The notes under the pieces are model-generated. The model did no database searches. It was given only the letters and a program-made list of their open reading frames with translations, and was not told the origin of the DNA. A stretch of 64,000 nucleotides of DNA. It comes from Pseudogymnoascus verrucosus (Eukaryota). Below, piece after piece: positions 25,985 through 37,763 of the stretch. A program made the translations under genes and the position numbers. The DNA is taken from NCBI GenBank assembly GCA_001662655.1, contig KV460223.1; one strand, 5' to 3'. Every line of letters begins with the position of its first letter. The stretch's first letter is position 1.

Positions 25985-27674
25985 CTATATCTGGTCTTCA
26001 AATTGCCTGATCATAAATCCCTTATCAATCAACTCATCCTTGACCTGTGTCACAGTATACTCTCCCCTGTGGAAAATACCAGCTCCCAGTGCAGCATCAG
26101 TCTTTGTCTTTGAGAATACCTCCGTAAAGTGGCCTGGGTTTCCAGCGCCACTTGACGCGATAACTGGAATAGTTATGGCGCTCTTAACATGGTCAATAAG
26201 CTCAAGGTCAAACCCGCTGTTAGTGCCATCCTTGTCAATGCAGTTAAGCAGGATCTCGCCAGTACCCATGGCCTCAACCGCCTGGGTCAACTGAATAACA
26301 TCCGTGTCTCTCGTCTCCCGTCCTCCCTTGATAGTGCAAGCGTACCAACAGTATCCTTCTCCGTTGGGTCCCGGTGTCGATGTTTTGACGACCGAGTGGG
26401 TCGTCTCTTCTGGGCTGGAAACGTATATGCGCTTTGGGTCCACGCTGACAACCACAGCCTGGTTTCCGTATGCCTTGGAGATTTGCTCAATCGCTGTCTT
26501 TCCAGAAAGCTTTTTCCCTGCCGCGTAGTATTCCTCGGCTGCAGTCACAGCATCCGATCCTATAGAGACCTTGTCTGCACCACTCTTGAAGTACATGGTT
26601 GCAATTTGCAAGGCGGATACTTTGGTGCCATCGGTATCCACTGTGTCTCTGATTCCTCCTCCAATCGTCAGGGGAACGAAGACAGTTTTAGATGTCTGCC
26701 TAAGAACCTCCAGCATAGGAAGATCCGCAACTGGGCAATCCCTGAAGCTTGTGATGTTAAGGAAGGTAACCTCATCAGCACCTTGCTCGTAATATTTCTT
26801 GGCCATCTCAACAGGCTTTCCCAAGTTGCGTACATCTCCTCCACTACCCTTCTCGCGAACATCATACTGGTCACCTTTGGTGACGACCAGATCGCCGCTG
26901 TCGTTGGCCCTGACATCCAAGCAAGCAATAACTCGCTTTGTCAAACCCTCAGTCACAGGGGCGCTGGTAGAGACGCCACCAGTAGAAGAGGTTGCGTCTC
27001 CGTCCAAAAAGGCCTTGAGCACTCTCAACCCCGCCATACCACTCTTTTCTGGGTGGAATTGTGTAATGAGGGCGTTGTCTTTCATCACCGCACCCACGAA
27101 CTCCTCATCTCCATATCGAGCCGTCGCAACTGACCAGCCTTGAGCCTCCAGTTGACCTTTAACGTACGGCACCTTGTATGAGTGGACATAGTAGTATTTC
27201 GAGTCGGATCGCAGGCCGAAGAATTCCTTGTCGGACGCGGCGCTGTTCCAGCCGATGTGTGGAACTGACTTCGTGGTATCGTCAAACCTATCAAGGGTGG
27301 CTTTAATTATACCGAGTCCAGCGACTTCTGGGGCTTCCGAGGAGCCCTCGAACAGTACTTGGAGCCCAACGCATATGCCCATAAATGGCTTGCCAGCTTG
27401 GACGTGCTTCCGTATCGCGGGGAGGTATCCGGCGGAGGATAGTTGGTTTAGACAATGGCCGAAATGGCCAACACCGGGGAGGATTAGTCTCTATGATAGA
27501 TATCAATACCAGAACCATTTGAACCCCGCAAATAGCTCCAGAATGACTTACATCGGCCTTTTCAACATCTTCGGGAGACTTGACCCATTCGACTGTGTAG
27601 CCAACTTTTTCTATGGCATTGACTAAGCTGCGAATGTTACCCGCAACATAGTCTAACAAATGCACGGTAGGCAT
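25985..27674 (-). CDS. HIS7: Imidazole glycerol phosphate synthase HisHF, 2 exons
   Basis: [17 protein letters not shown] start; intron 27551-27491. Glutaminase motifs GICVGLQ and QFHPEKS; cyclase motifs RVIACLDVR and [10 protein letters not shown]. Confidence 0.97.
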
Positions 27675-27714
27675 GGTAACTTTATTGCGCGGCGGCGTTG
27701 TCAACCCAGCTGAA

Positions 27715-27782
27715 TGACTGAACAACGACCCCTCTATCCTTTATAACTTTTCAGCGATAACCCCCCGCCTGCCTCTGTGTCA
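27715..27782. promoter_or_regulatory. Two near-consensus Gcn4/CpcA sites upstream of HIS7
   Basis: TGACTGA (27715-27721) and TGTGTCA (27776-27782) each differ by one base from TGASTCA and lie within 110 nt of the HIS7 ATG. Histidine genes are typical cross-pathway-control targets. Confidence 0.3.
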
Positions 27783-28681
27783 TACGTGCACGGACCACAA
27801 ACGTTGCAGAATGCCATATGGAAAGAGTCTAACTTTACTTTCGCTAGTGTGTATTAGTAAGCAGTCTAACTCCGCCACTTGCTCGTGTTCATACTTCACC
27901 CAGTTCGTTTGCCAACCTCACTCTCCAACCTTCATCATCGAACTTCCCCATCCGAACTTTTCGACAACTGAATCATCATCTTCGACTTGAGCGATCTCTG
28001 TTTCCTGATAACTCGATCCAGCCTGTCTGTAGTCACGCGATTCACATCCAAGTACATCAGCGAATTCAACCCTCGATCCTTCCTCCAGGTGCACACTGAA
28101 CGATTAACCCACAGGCATCATCTTAGGATACTTTGTGATTGCAGAAGAGATATCATCAGGCTCGCTGTGGATACATTTGGCATCGAAGTAGACAGCCAGT
28201 CCAAGGTGACCTGTTGATACTGTGGATGTAGCTTGAGGTTGTTGGGATTAGTCGACTGCTGAGGCTGTTACGGGCGGTTACTTGTTATTCAACTCTTATT
28301 TTTGCGGCTTCATCGCTGCCATTTGTACATCTTCCGTCGTGTTTTTCTTCTCTCTTTCCAGATTTTTTGAGCTATTGAAATCAGAACTTGATTCCCCATA
28401 TCTCAGTACGAAAAAAAAGATAAAAAATAACCTTGGCTTTGTACGGTCGCATTACCTGGCTCAAGCCTGTTGCGTCTACTGAAAACTGGGTGTCGTTTGC
28501 CATCAAATCGTGCGACAGTTAGAGGGAGACCATCACATCATATATACGGAGTCGAAAACAAAGTACGACACAAAACGATACCAACAGTCCACGAAATATT
28601 TCATCCCTTATCCAGTACCTCCTGGCTGACCGCCCAAAGACTGGAGTTCACCAACATTGACGTGGTGAAAATATTGCCACA

Positions 28682-30647
28682 ATGACTTCTTCCGTTTTCT
28701 TCAAGTTCAAGTCGCAAAAGGAACCCACCCGGGTCGAATTTGACGGCACTGGAATCTCTGTGTTCGAGCTGAAACGTGATATTATTATTAAAGGTGGACT
28801 GGGAGATGGAACGGAATTTGATCTCAAAATATATAACGAAGATGGAAACGAAGGTATGTGCCTAACCGACGTAGAAGGTTTCTTTACTAACAGTACAATA
28901 GAGTATACTGATGACACCACAATAATTCCGAGGTCTACCTCGATCATCGCCCGCCGCTTACCACCCATAAAGGCTGGAGCGGGCAAGGCGGCTCGCTACA
29001 TGTCGGGGAAGATGCCAGTTAATGCAAAGAATTCATCCAGAAAAGAGATGCCTACGGCTAAATCCACCTCAAAGGCGGCCGTGAGCTCCAACTTTGCTCC
29101 CAAAATGAACGATGCAATGTCTGAGGAGGAACGTATGGCTGCTATGTTTCAAGCACAGAACGAGCAGTGGTCCGCACAACAGGATGAGATGGCGAAGTGA
29201 GTTTTTATCCCCTATCTCCAAAAACAACAGCCCAGTACTAACCTTCTGCAGCCAAACACCTATCGCACGTACTGGTGGCAACAAAAAGGGAGGACCACCC
29301 CCCAACGTCCCAGATCACGAGCCGCCTACGGGGTACGTATGCTATCGATGTGGAGAGAAGGGACACTGGATTCAAGTATGCCCAACGAATGACGATCCGA
29401 ACTTTGACAACAAACCACGAGTCAAGCGAACCACAGGAATTCCTAGGTCGATGTTAAGGACAGTCGAGAAGCCAGTTGCTCTCTCAGGCGACGGGATGGC
29501 GGATGATGCAAAGGCTCCGTCCGGTGTCATGGTTAACGCCGAAGGCGAGTTTGTTGTTGCAGAGCCGGACAAGGCTTCTTGGGAGCAGTTTCAGGCAAAG
29601 ACAAAGTCGTCTGCTGCAGCGCAACAAGCAGCTGCATCAGGTAACAAGGAGTTGCAAGACAGAGGATTAGAGTGCCCAATCGACAAACGCATGTTCATAG
29701 ACCCAATGAAGACGCCTTGTTGTGAGAAGACGTATTGCAATGATTGCATAACTAACGCACTCATTGAGAGCGATTTCAAATGCCCTGGTTGTCAAACAGA
29801 AGAGGTTCTGATTGATAACTTAAAACCTGACGAAGAGGTGTCTAAACTTATCAAGGATTATGTTGAGGAGAAGGAAAAACTAAAAGAGGCCCCAAAGAGT
29901 CCTAGCAATCCCGAATCCGCATCAGAAGAAACCCCAGCCGAGCCAACTACCAAGAAGGCCGGATCAGCGTCACCAAAGCGCGGATCTCCTGCTGTCGTTT
30001 CATCTCCAAAGCCTTCGGATTCAGAAAAGCCAGGAGATAAGCCACAGGCAGTTATCCCTACTGGACCTGACTCTAAGAAACGTCCTGCAGAGGATCTCCT
30101 TGAGAACCCCAAGATACCAAAGGGCCCCAAGGCGATGCAACAGCAAGAAGCGCAGAGACAGGCAGGAATGCAACAACAGGCCATGATGAACGGCATGAAC
30201 CCCATGCAAGGATTTCCAAACGCACCCTTCGATATGTCACAACAGTTTGGGAATCCGTACGGGATGGGTATGGGAATGGGCAACATGAATATGAATATGA
30301 TGAATGCGTACGGAATGATGAACCCGATGATGAACCCGATGATGGCCATGAACGGCTTCCCGATGAACGGCGGATTTCCCGGCATGAACATGAACATGCC
30401 TAACATGAATGGGCCGTATGGTGGTGGATATGGGGGTGGTATGGGGAATGGAGGAGGGGGTTACAATAATTCAAGGCAGAATATGCCACCAGTTCAACCA
30501 GGCGAATTCCCAAATCAACAGAAGACGGTTTTTGCAGGGAACTTGCCAAATGAGGAGGACAACGCATATTTCAGGAATCCCGTCAACCCTCACCGACACC
30601 AAGGACGACAAAAGAGAAGCCGTCCTAGTGATTTCAGGGAGCTATAG
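28682..30647 (+). CDS. MPE1: Mpe1/RBBP6 cleavage-polyadenylation factor (DWNN, zinc knuckle, RING), 3 exons
   Basis: MTSSVFFKFKSQKE DWNN domain, CYRCGEKGHWIQVCP knuckle and CPIDK..TPCCEKTYCNDCI RING. Introns 28854-28901 and 29197-29251. Confidence 0.93.
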
Positions 30648-30885
30648 TTGGGATGAATAGTTTTAGTGGGGAGGGTTTAGTTGGTTAAAGCTGCAGTATG
30701 GAGCACCAGCTGTCGATAAACTCCTATCGACTTGTGCATATGGGTCAAATGAGGCGTCTGGTCCGCCGTCTGGAGTTGGCTCCGATCATGGGAAATACGG
30801 GTGTCATTTATAGATTACTGTATAATAAAATTAAAATTAACTAAAATGCTTGTCCACGCCAAGTCCCCCATAAGAGCAAAAAAAT

Positions 30886-30976
30886 TGCCCACATACAGAG
30901 TTGAACTGCAGACCTCGGCATATGATAGATCAGTGATGATACTAGTGCCGCGCTCTACCAACTGAGCTATGGGGGC
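30886..30976 (-). tRNA. tRNA-Thr(AGT) with 18-nt intron
   Basis: Cloverleaf: acceptor GCCCCCA/TGTGGGC, D-arm GCTC/GAGC, anticodon stem CGGCA/TGCCG with CT-AGT-A, intron after position 37, T-arm TGCAG-TTCAACT-CTGTA. Followed by an oligo-T Pol III terminator. Confidence 0.92.
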
Positions 30977-31532
30977 TGAAAACTGAAATGCTTGTTCCAC
31001 TGTGATTGCCATTGATTTTGAATGTTTGTGATATAGGAGTTCCTGACAGAAGCCCGGTTAGAACGCCCATAGCCCTCAAGGTCAAGGTGACGCACTAGCG
31101 CCGACGTAATCGTTTATTTGGCATGGTGGTTGTGGCTTGGTTATGTGGCTGGGTTTCAGTGACGCCTGTAACCCCTCAGCCCCTCTCTTGTTCCCACCAG
31201 CGAGTAGTTTCCTAGGCAGCGAAGAAATCGCTAGGCAGTAATCAATTCACAAAACAATTATTTACATACGCTCCCTTAAAGCGTTAACGAGTTCGAGTGT
31301 TGTCTCTTGAAGGACGTCACGATACTCGAAGCTGAAAGGCAGCCATATATCCCGCAGAGCCCAACCAAGAGTACCCCTCCATACGCGAATCGAAGGTTCC
31401 ACGCCGCCCGGAGCACCGACGACGCTTACCACAGAGTCCAATTCGCAACTATTGGCATAACTTCCATCCCGGCGCCCGACTACTAATCTAGATCCAACGA
31501 CCGGTGCGAGAAGCATCCTCGGATTACTCGCC

Positions 31533-33688
31533 ATGAATGTCATCAAGCTCCAGCGGTATGTCCACACCGATTGCCCCGCTTTGCTGTCCTTTGTTTGCGC
31601 CTGACTGACGAAATTCATTCCAGGAAGTTTCCGGAGTTCCAGCAAGATGAGATCTTTGGGCTCCAAGATGCTTTCCGCAAGTTAGATGTGGACGACAAAG
31701 GTTACATTGACGAGGGAACGGCGATCAAAGCCACCCAACAGAGCGAGAGACAACCGTACGATGTCGTGAGGCAGGCCCTGAAGGAGGTCGAGCTTGACTC
31801 GTCGCGGAGAGTTGAGCTGGAAGATTATGTCGGCGTAAGTGTTCATACATACTATCATGGCCCATTTAGCTGCTAACCCGAGTGAAGCTGGTTTCCAAAT
31901 TGCGCGAATCGTCTCCGGCGCAAAAGCGAATGTCGACGGGACCAACGCGCCCAGCAGCGCCCACGTCGCAGAAGCCTACTATGGGACATGCTTCGAAGCC
32001 AAGCGCCAGCGGACGTATCCAGGTCCAGGGTTCGTCTGCAAACGTTACACACACCATCAATGAGGATGAGCGAACCGAGTTCACCAGGCATATCAATGCT
32101 GTCCTTGCTGGCGACCCAGACGTGGGACATCTGCTTCCCTTCCCTACGGACACTTTCGAGATGTTCGATAAATGCAAGGATGGATTGGTGCTTGCCAAGT
32201 TGATCAACGACAGCGTCCCCGATACTATCGATGAGCGGGTACTCAACAGATCAGGGAAGAAGATCAAGACACTGAATGCGTTCCACATGACGGAGAACAA
32301 CAACATTGTTATCGAGTCGGCAAAGGGCATTGGTTGTTCGGTTGTCAACATTGGTAGCGGCGATATCATTGAGGTCCGCGAGCATCTGATCCTGGGGTTG
32401 ATCTGGCAGGTTATTCGGAGAGGTCTGCTTGGCAAAATCGATATCAAGCTACACCCAGAATTGTACAGACTACTTGAGGAAGATGAGACCCTTGAACAGT
32501 TCCTGCGCCTGGCCCCCGAGCAGATTCTCTTGAGGTGGTTCAATTACCACCTGAAGGCAGCCAACTGGCCAAGAAGGTAAGCTTCCCATCTCCATACAGT
32601 TAATCAGGTCTAACGTTGATCAGGGTAACCAACTTTTCGACCGACATCAAGGATGGCGAGAACTACACTGTCCTCCTCAACCAGATCGCTCCAGAGACAT
32701 GCAGCCGCTCGCCGCTCCAAACACAGGACCTGCTGCAGCGCGCAGAAGAAGTGCTTCAAAATGCTGACAGATTGGACTGCCGCAAGTTCCTTAGCCCGAC
32801 ATCTCTTGTTGCTGGAAACCCGAAGCTCAATCTCGCGTTCGTCGCTAACCTCTTCAACACCCACCCAGCATTGGACCCCATTACCGAGGAGGAGAAGCTC
32901 CAGGTGGATGATTTCGATGCTGAGGGAGAGCGCGAGGCGAGAGTTTTCACTCTCTGGCTCAACAGTCTGGATGTCAACCCATCTGTCAACTCCCTCTTCG
33001 ATGATCTACGAGACGGCACTGTTCTCCTACAGGCGTATGACAAGGTTATCAAGGGTTCCGTGAACTGGAAGCACGTGAACAAAGCTCCAGCATCTGGGGC
33101 CGAGATCTCGCGTTTCAAGGCTGTGGAGAACACAAACTACGCAATTGAGTTGGGTAAACAGAACAGATTTTCGCTGGTCGGGATCCAGGGTGCAGATATC
33201 ACAGATGGACAAAAAACCCTTACACTCGGACTTGTCTGGCAACTGATGCGGAAGGATATTTCCGAGACTCTGTCTGACCTTGCACAGCGCATGGGCAAGC
33301 GTGAGATCACTGACGCAGAGATGGTCAAGTGGGCCAACGAAATGTCTCGCAAGGGTGGGAAAAGCTCCGCCATTCGTTCGTTCAAGGATTCTTCCATTGG
33401 TACTGGAACTTTCTTGCTTGATGTTCTGAATGGGATGAAGAGCAGCTACGTCGACTACGATTTGGTTACATCTGGCCGCACCGAGGATGAAGCGTACCTG
33501 AACGCCAAGTTGAGCATCAGTATTGCGAGAAAGCTTGGGGCTACCATCTGGTTGGTTCCCGAGGATATTTGCCAGATCCGCAGCAGATTGGTTGTTACAT
33601 TCATTGGTAGGAAAAACGCCTTCTTCTCTGTTATACAATATACTAATGTCCTCCAGGTTCCTTGATGGCAACGCACGACAAAATGTAG
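31533..33688 (+). CDS. SAC6: Fimbrin (actin-bundling protein), 5 exons
   Basis: Introns 31556-31623, 31835-31887, 32577-32623 and 33607-33656. N-terminal EF hands and four CH domains (DGLVLAKLINDSVPDTIDERV, PEQILLRWFNYHL, EGEREARVFTLWLNSL). Confidence 0.97.
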
Positions 33689-34165
33689 ATTCTTGCCAAC
33701 GAGCACATTACAGTCAAATATTTTATGCTCTCGGGCCTACTTGCAATAAACAGTTTCATTAAAAAGAATATTTTCAAATTGTGCTTGCTCCAATATTTGC
33801 TGTTTTCGAAAATAACATCGTAATAACAGTCCTAGCACTCTTTCTATCCTCTACCGTATTCATAATAAGATTCCCATAAAGTAGTTATGATCGCTTTTGT
33901 GATATCTCATTACGTTCTATGTCCTATTGGCCAATACGAGCCGTGATCACCAGCAAGGTTCATAGACACCTGGTCTTGGCAAGCAATAGTTGGGATTATT
34001 ATCATAAATTGCACTGTACTACGAATTGAGTTAAACCATATGCTATAGAACAGTTTTGGCCTTTAATAAAGCCTCCTTGGGACCATTTTGAGAAAAGCGC
34101 CACCACTGATTGAACAGAAACGTTCTCTGGCACCAAATACAGACTGTTTACAAAACCACCTGTAA

Positions 34166-35235
34166 TTACTCTGCAGTGTCCAGTTCATCGTGGACTGGGG
34201 GAGGAGACTCTGTGGCCGCTGAGAAGTTAGCCATGAGACGATGCGCTTTAATAATGGAAATTACCTTTTCTGTCGTCACCGTTAGCGCCATTCTCACGAA
34301 CGTCATCACGTTCATCCTTCATCTCTCTATCCCTAGACACGATTGTTAGTAGCTCTTATTGGCCATTAGTCACGAATACGAACCTATCATCAGGGCTGCG
34401 GGATCTATCTCCGCGTCGGTCATAATCACGCCTATCATCCTTGTGAGGAGAGTAGTCGCGGCTACGGCGAGGAGACGGGGAGCGGCGGCGAGGGGAGCGA
34501 CGTCCACCCGGAGCACGCTCACGGTCCCTGCCAGTATCAAAGCGCCAGGAAGCAGAAGGTGGAGTACGAGCCCACTAGCATGAACGTTAGTAACGAGGTC
34601 CTCCGGCTTGGGTCGGTATGCTTGCCTCAATCTTCAGTAAATCATCCCGTCCAATGCGCTTGTTGTGCAGCTCATGATAAGCGTCATCGGCATCACGGCG
34701 ACTCTCATACTCGACAAAGGCAAACCTGCTTTAGTGTCAACCATATTAGAAGTGCGTACAAAAAGAGCGACTAGAGACTCACAGGCGGCTTGCTGCAGTT
34801 CGAGGAGCTGGAATGTCACACCGGACGAGACGCCCATAGCTGTAATATGCCTTGTCAGTACTGGAATTTCGCAAGGGACAGATGTTGATGAGTCCAATAA
34901 ATGAGTAGGAGCTTGTAAAGGCCAAAGCTGTTGCGGTATGGGACGCCTTCCCGTGTGGAAGGCGAGTATGGGGACCATTCCTGTGCCGTGATGCGACTGC
35001 TCGATCGGAGGAATGGGGATATAGGGTTGAGCGGAGGCAGGACGTGAGGAAGCTGACAGCGAAGTCTCGAGGGAGGGTGTGAGGACGAGGCAGGGGATTA
35101 TCGGACTCGAGGCTGATCATCGAGTGTTCGATTTTTGTTGTAGACGTACCGTTCGAACTCGTACGCAAGGTCTCTAGCCCTGGTTCCGTGGCCGAAGCCT
35201 GTCACGTAGAGGGTTGTTCCGCCGCCACGAGACAT
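34166..35235 (-). CDS. srp1: SR-family splicing factor Srp1 (RRM + RS-like tail), 6 exons
   Basis: Spliced product [80 protein letters not shown]. Introns 35149-34840, 34782-34726, 34625-34575 (GC-AG), 34383-34333 and 34264-34219. Confidence 0.9.
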
Positions 35236-36155
35236 GTTGATGGATCTCGATGGTTGAGTGATCCGAGGTGGCCGTTGCTGGCTGAGTGAGTATCTTGTTT
35301 GGAAGGGTTAGAGCGGGCCAAAAGCCAATGCAAGCTCCCAGTGAGCACCCAAATAGAACCTTCCAATTTAAATTTTGGCACTCGAAGTTGTGTCGTTTGT
35401 TGAGGTTGGGTTGCGATATGCGCTCGTAGGAGCTTATGACGATTATGGGGAATGAAGCGCTGGAAAGAGGGATTCGGTATGTTGACGGACGATAACACGA
35501 GCCATGGATAACGAGGCGCTGCCGCCCCATGCACTATCCGTTTGCAGCTGAGATTTGTCGCCTCAGGCATCACAGCGGGATAGTTGGCAGACAGCCACGT
35601 GACTTTCCGTCGTCGGTAACAGGACGGCTCGGATGCACCTTGTTACGAAGATAATCCGGTCGGCATTGTTGACTTCTCTCAGCCTCTTCCAGCCGTGGAG
35701 AGATGGTATTACTTGTTGCGGTCCAGAGCATCTCCACTCACTCCAAATCACACCCTCTCCACTCTAAGCTTCTGCGATGCGACTGACCTCGACTATACCA
35801 TACTGTAAACCAGTCACGAAACTCGACCTAGAACATCACAGGCTCATCAGCCTTGCAAAATAACGTTTACTTCCGCCCTGCCACCCTGGATGGCCCAGCA
35901 TCTAGACCCTTCAAAAACCACCCTTCACCCCAGGATTACCGCTCATTGATCCCCCTGTGCAGCAACCACGAAATTTAATAACGCACCAACCCGTCCCATT
36001 CGCGACGCGCATCGGAGAATTCACGAGGGCCCGACGCTTTCAGATCCGCGCCGAAACCACTGGCTACCCTGCAACCTGGGATTAATGTTTTGGAAACCCA
36101 GCGGTGCTGCTCGAACTACGACCCGTGGAGTGATTGCCTAACCAATCGCCACGAG

Positions 36156-37355
36156 ATGTCAGACGTATGCTCCCTCATGCTCTCAGTCTTGCCATGGAAT
36201 GAATCCCTGCTAACGTCAACAGCAACAGCCAGCAGAGAAGGCGTTAAAGCCCAAACCGAGCGTCAGGCTCCTACAGATGCAAGATTTCTTTTCACAACCG
36301 GTGACCGCTGCGTTCTGCGCTGGAGGTGTTGCCGGCGCCGTCTCTCGAACTGTCGTCTCGCCTCTAGAGAGGCTCAAGATCTTATACCAAATCCAGGGTG
36401 CTGGTCGTCAAGAATACACTCAGTCCGTCACGAAGTCATTGGCTAGGATTTGGCGTGAGGAAGGATGGAAGGGGTTCATGAGGGGTAACGGCACAAACTG
36501 TGTCCGTATAGTACCATATTCTGCCGTGCAGTTTGGTAGCTACAACTTCTACAAGAAGGTAGGCAGCATGTTTGCTCTCTCACATGTTCACAACTAACCG
36601 TTTGTAATAGTTCTTCGAGCCAACACCTGGTGCCGACCTCTCGTCGTTCAGGCGATTAATATGCGGAGGAGCCGCTGGAATTACTTCTGTTTTCTTTACT
36701 TACCCACTTGATATTGTCCGCACCCGCCTTTCGATTCAGTCAGCCTCATTCGCCGCGCTTAGCAATCTTCACAAATCCAAGTTACCCGGGATGTGGAGCA
36801 CCATGGTCATGATGTATAAGACCGAAGGCGGCATTCTTGCTCTATACCGAGGCATCGTACCCACCGTTGCTGGTGTTGCACCCTACGTAAGTTCAAACCT
36901 TACAACTCTCAAGCCCCGTTACTAACTAGTTGCAGGTCGGCTTGAATTTTATGACTTATGAACTTGTACGGAAACACTTTACACCAGAGGGTGATAAAAA
37001 CCCCAGCGCCCTACGTAAACTTGCCGCAGGCGCAATCTCGGGAGCCGTTGCACAGACGTGCACATACCCATTGTAAGTCACGCGCCAACTCCATCTTGCG
37101 GAAATCCTAATCTTTACCAGCGATGTCCTACGGCGACGCTTCCAGATCAACACCATGTCGGGGATGGGTTATCAGTACAAGGGGGTATTCGACGCCGTGA
37201 AGGTAATTATCGCACAGGAGGGCGTCAAGGGATTATACAAGGGCATCGTCCCGAACCTGCTCAAGGTTGCGCCCAGTATGGCGAGTAGCTGGCTCAGCTT
37301 CGAGATGACAAGAGACTTCTTGGTAGGTATGAACGATGATGTTTCAAATATCTGA
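36156..37355 (+). CDS. Mitochondrial carrier family protein (YPR011C/SLC25A42-like), 5 exons
   Basis: Three PX(D/E)XX(K/R) repeats (PLERLK, PLDIVR, PFDVLR). Introns 36165-36222 (or -36228), 36559-36610, 36887-36935 and 37073-37120. The first exon is less certain. Confidence 0.88.
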
Positions 37356-37763
37356 ATGATTAGGGGTGGGGGTGGGGGTGCGTGAAACTGCTGGTGGTGG
37401 TCATTCGTCACATTAGGAAGCGGTATGCAAATAGACGACGGGATTTTATAGATCACTTGTACAAAGCCATATTTGATATATAACTATATACAGTAATAGA
37501 AAGAGATTATACGTACCGCTTTGTGTCGGGATCCAAGAATCACCAGGTGAGTAGAGGAGAGAGGCACGTGAGGTGAGTTTGACAATGCCGGCAGGGGCTA
37601 GAAGCTAGTTGACGCTAGAGCATTTTCTTTGTGTTCTTCATGCCTAAGGCACCCAAGCCTTTTCGGTTAGGTTTTCCGCGCGCACATTCTCAATTTCTCC
37701 CACCGAACTATTCGACAGCATCACCAACCCGACGACAACGACCAGTTTCGACAAACCGCAAAG

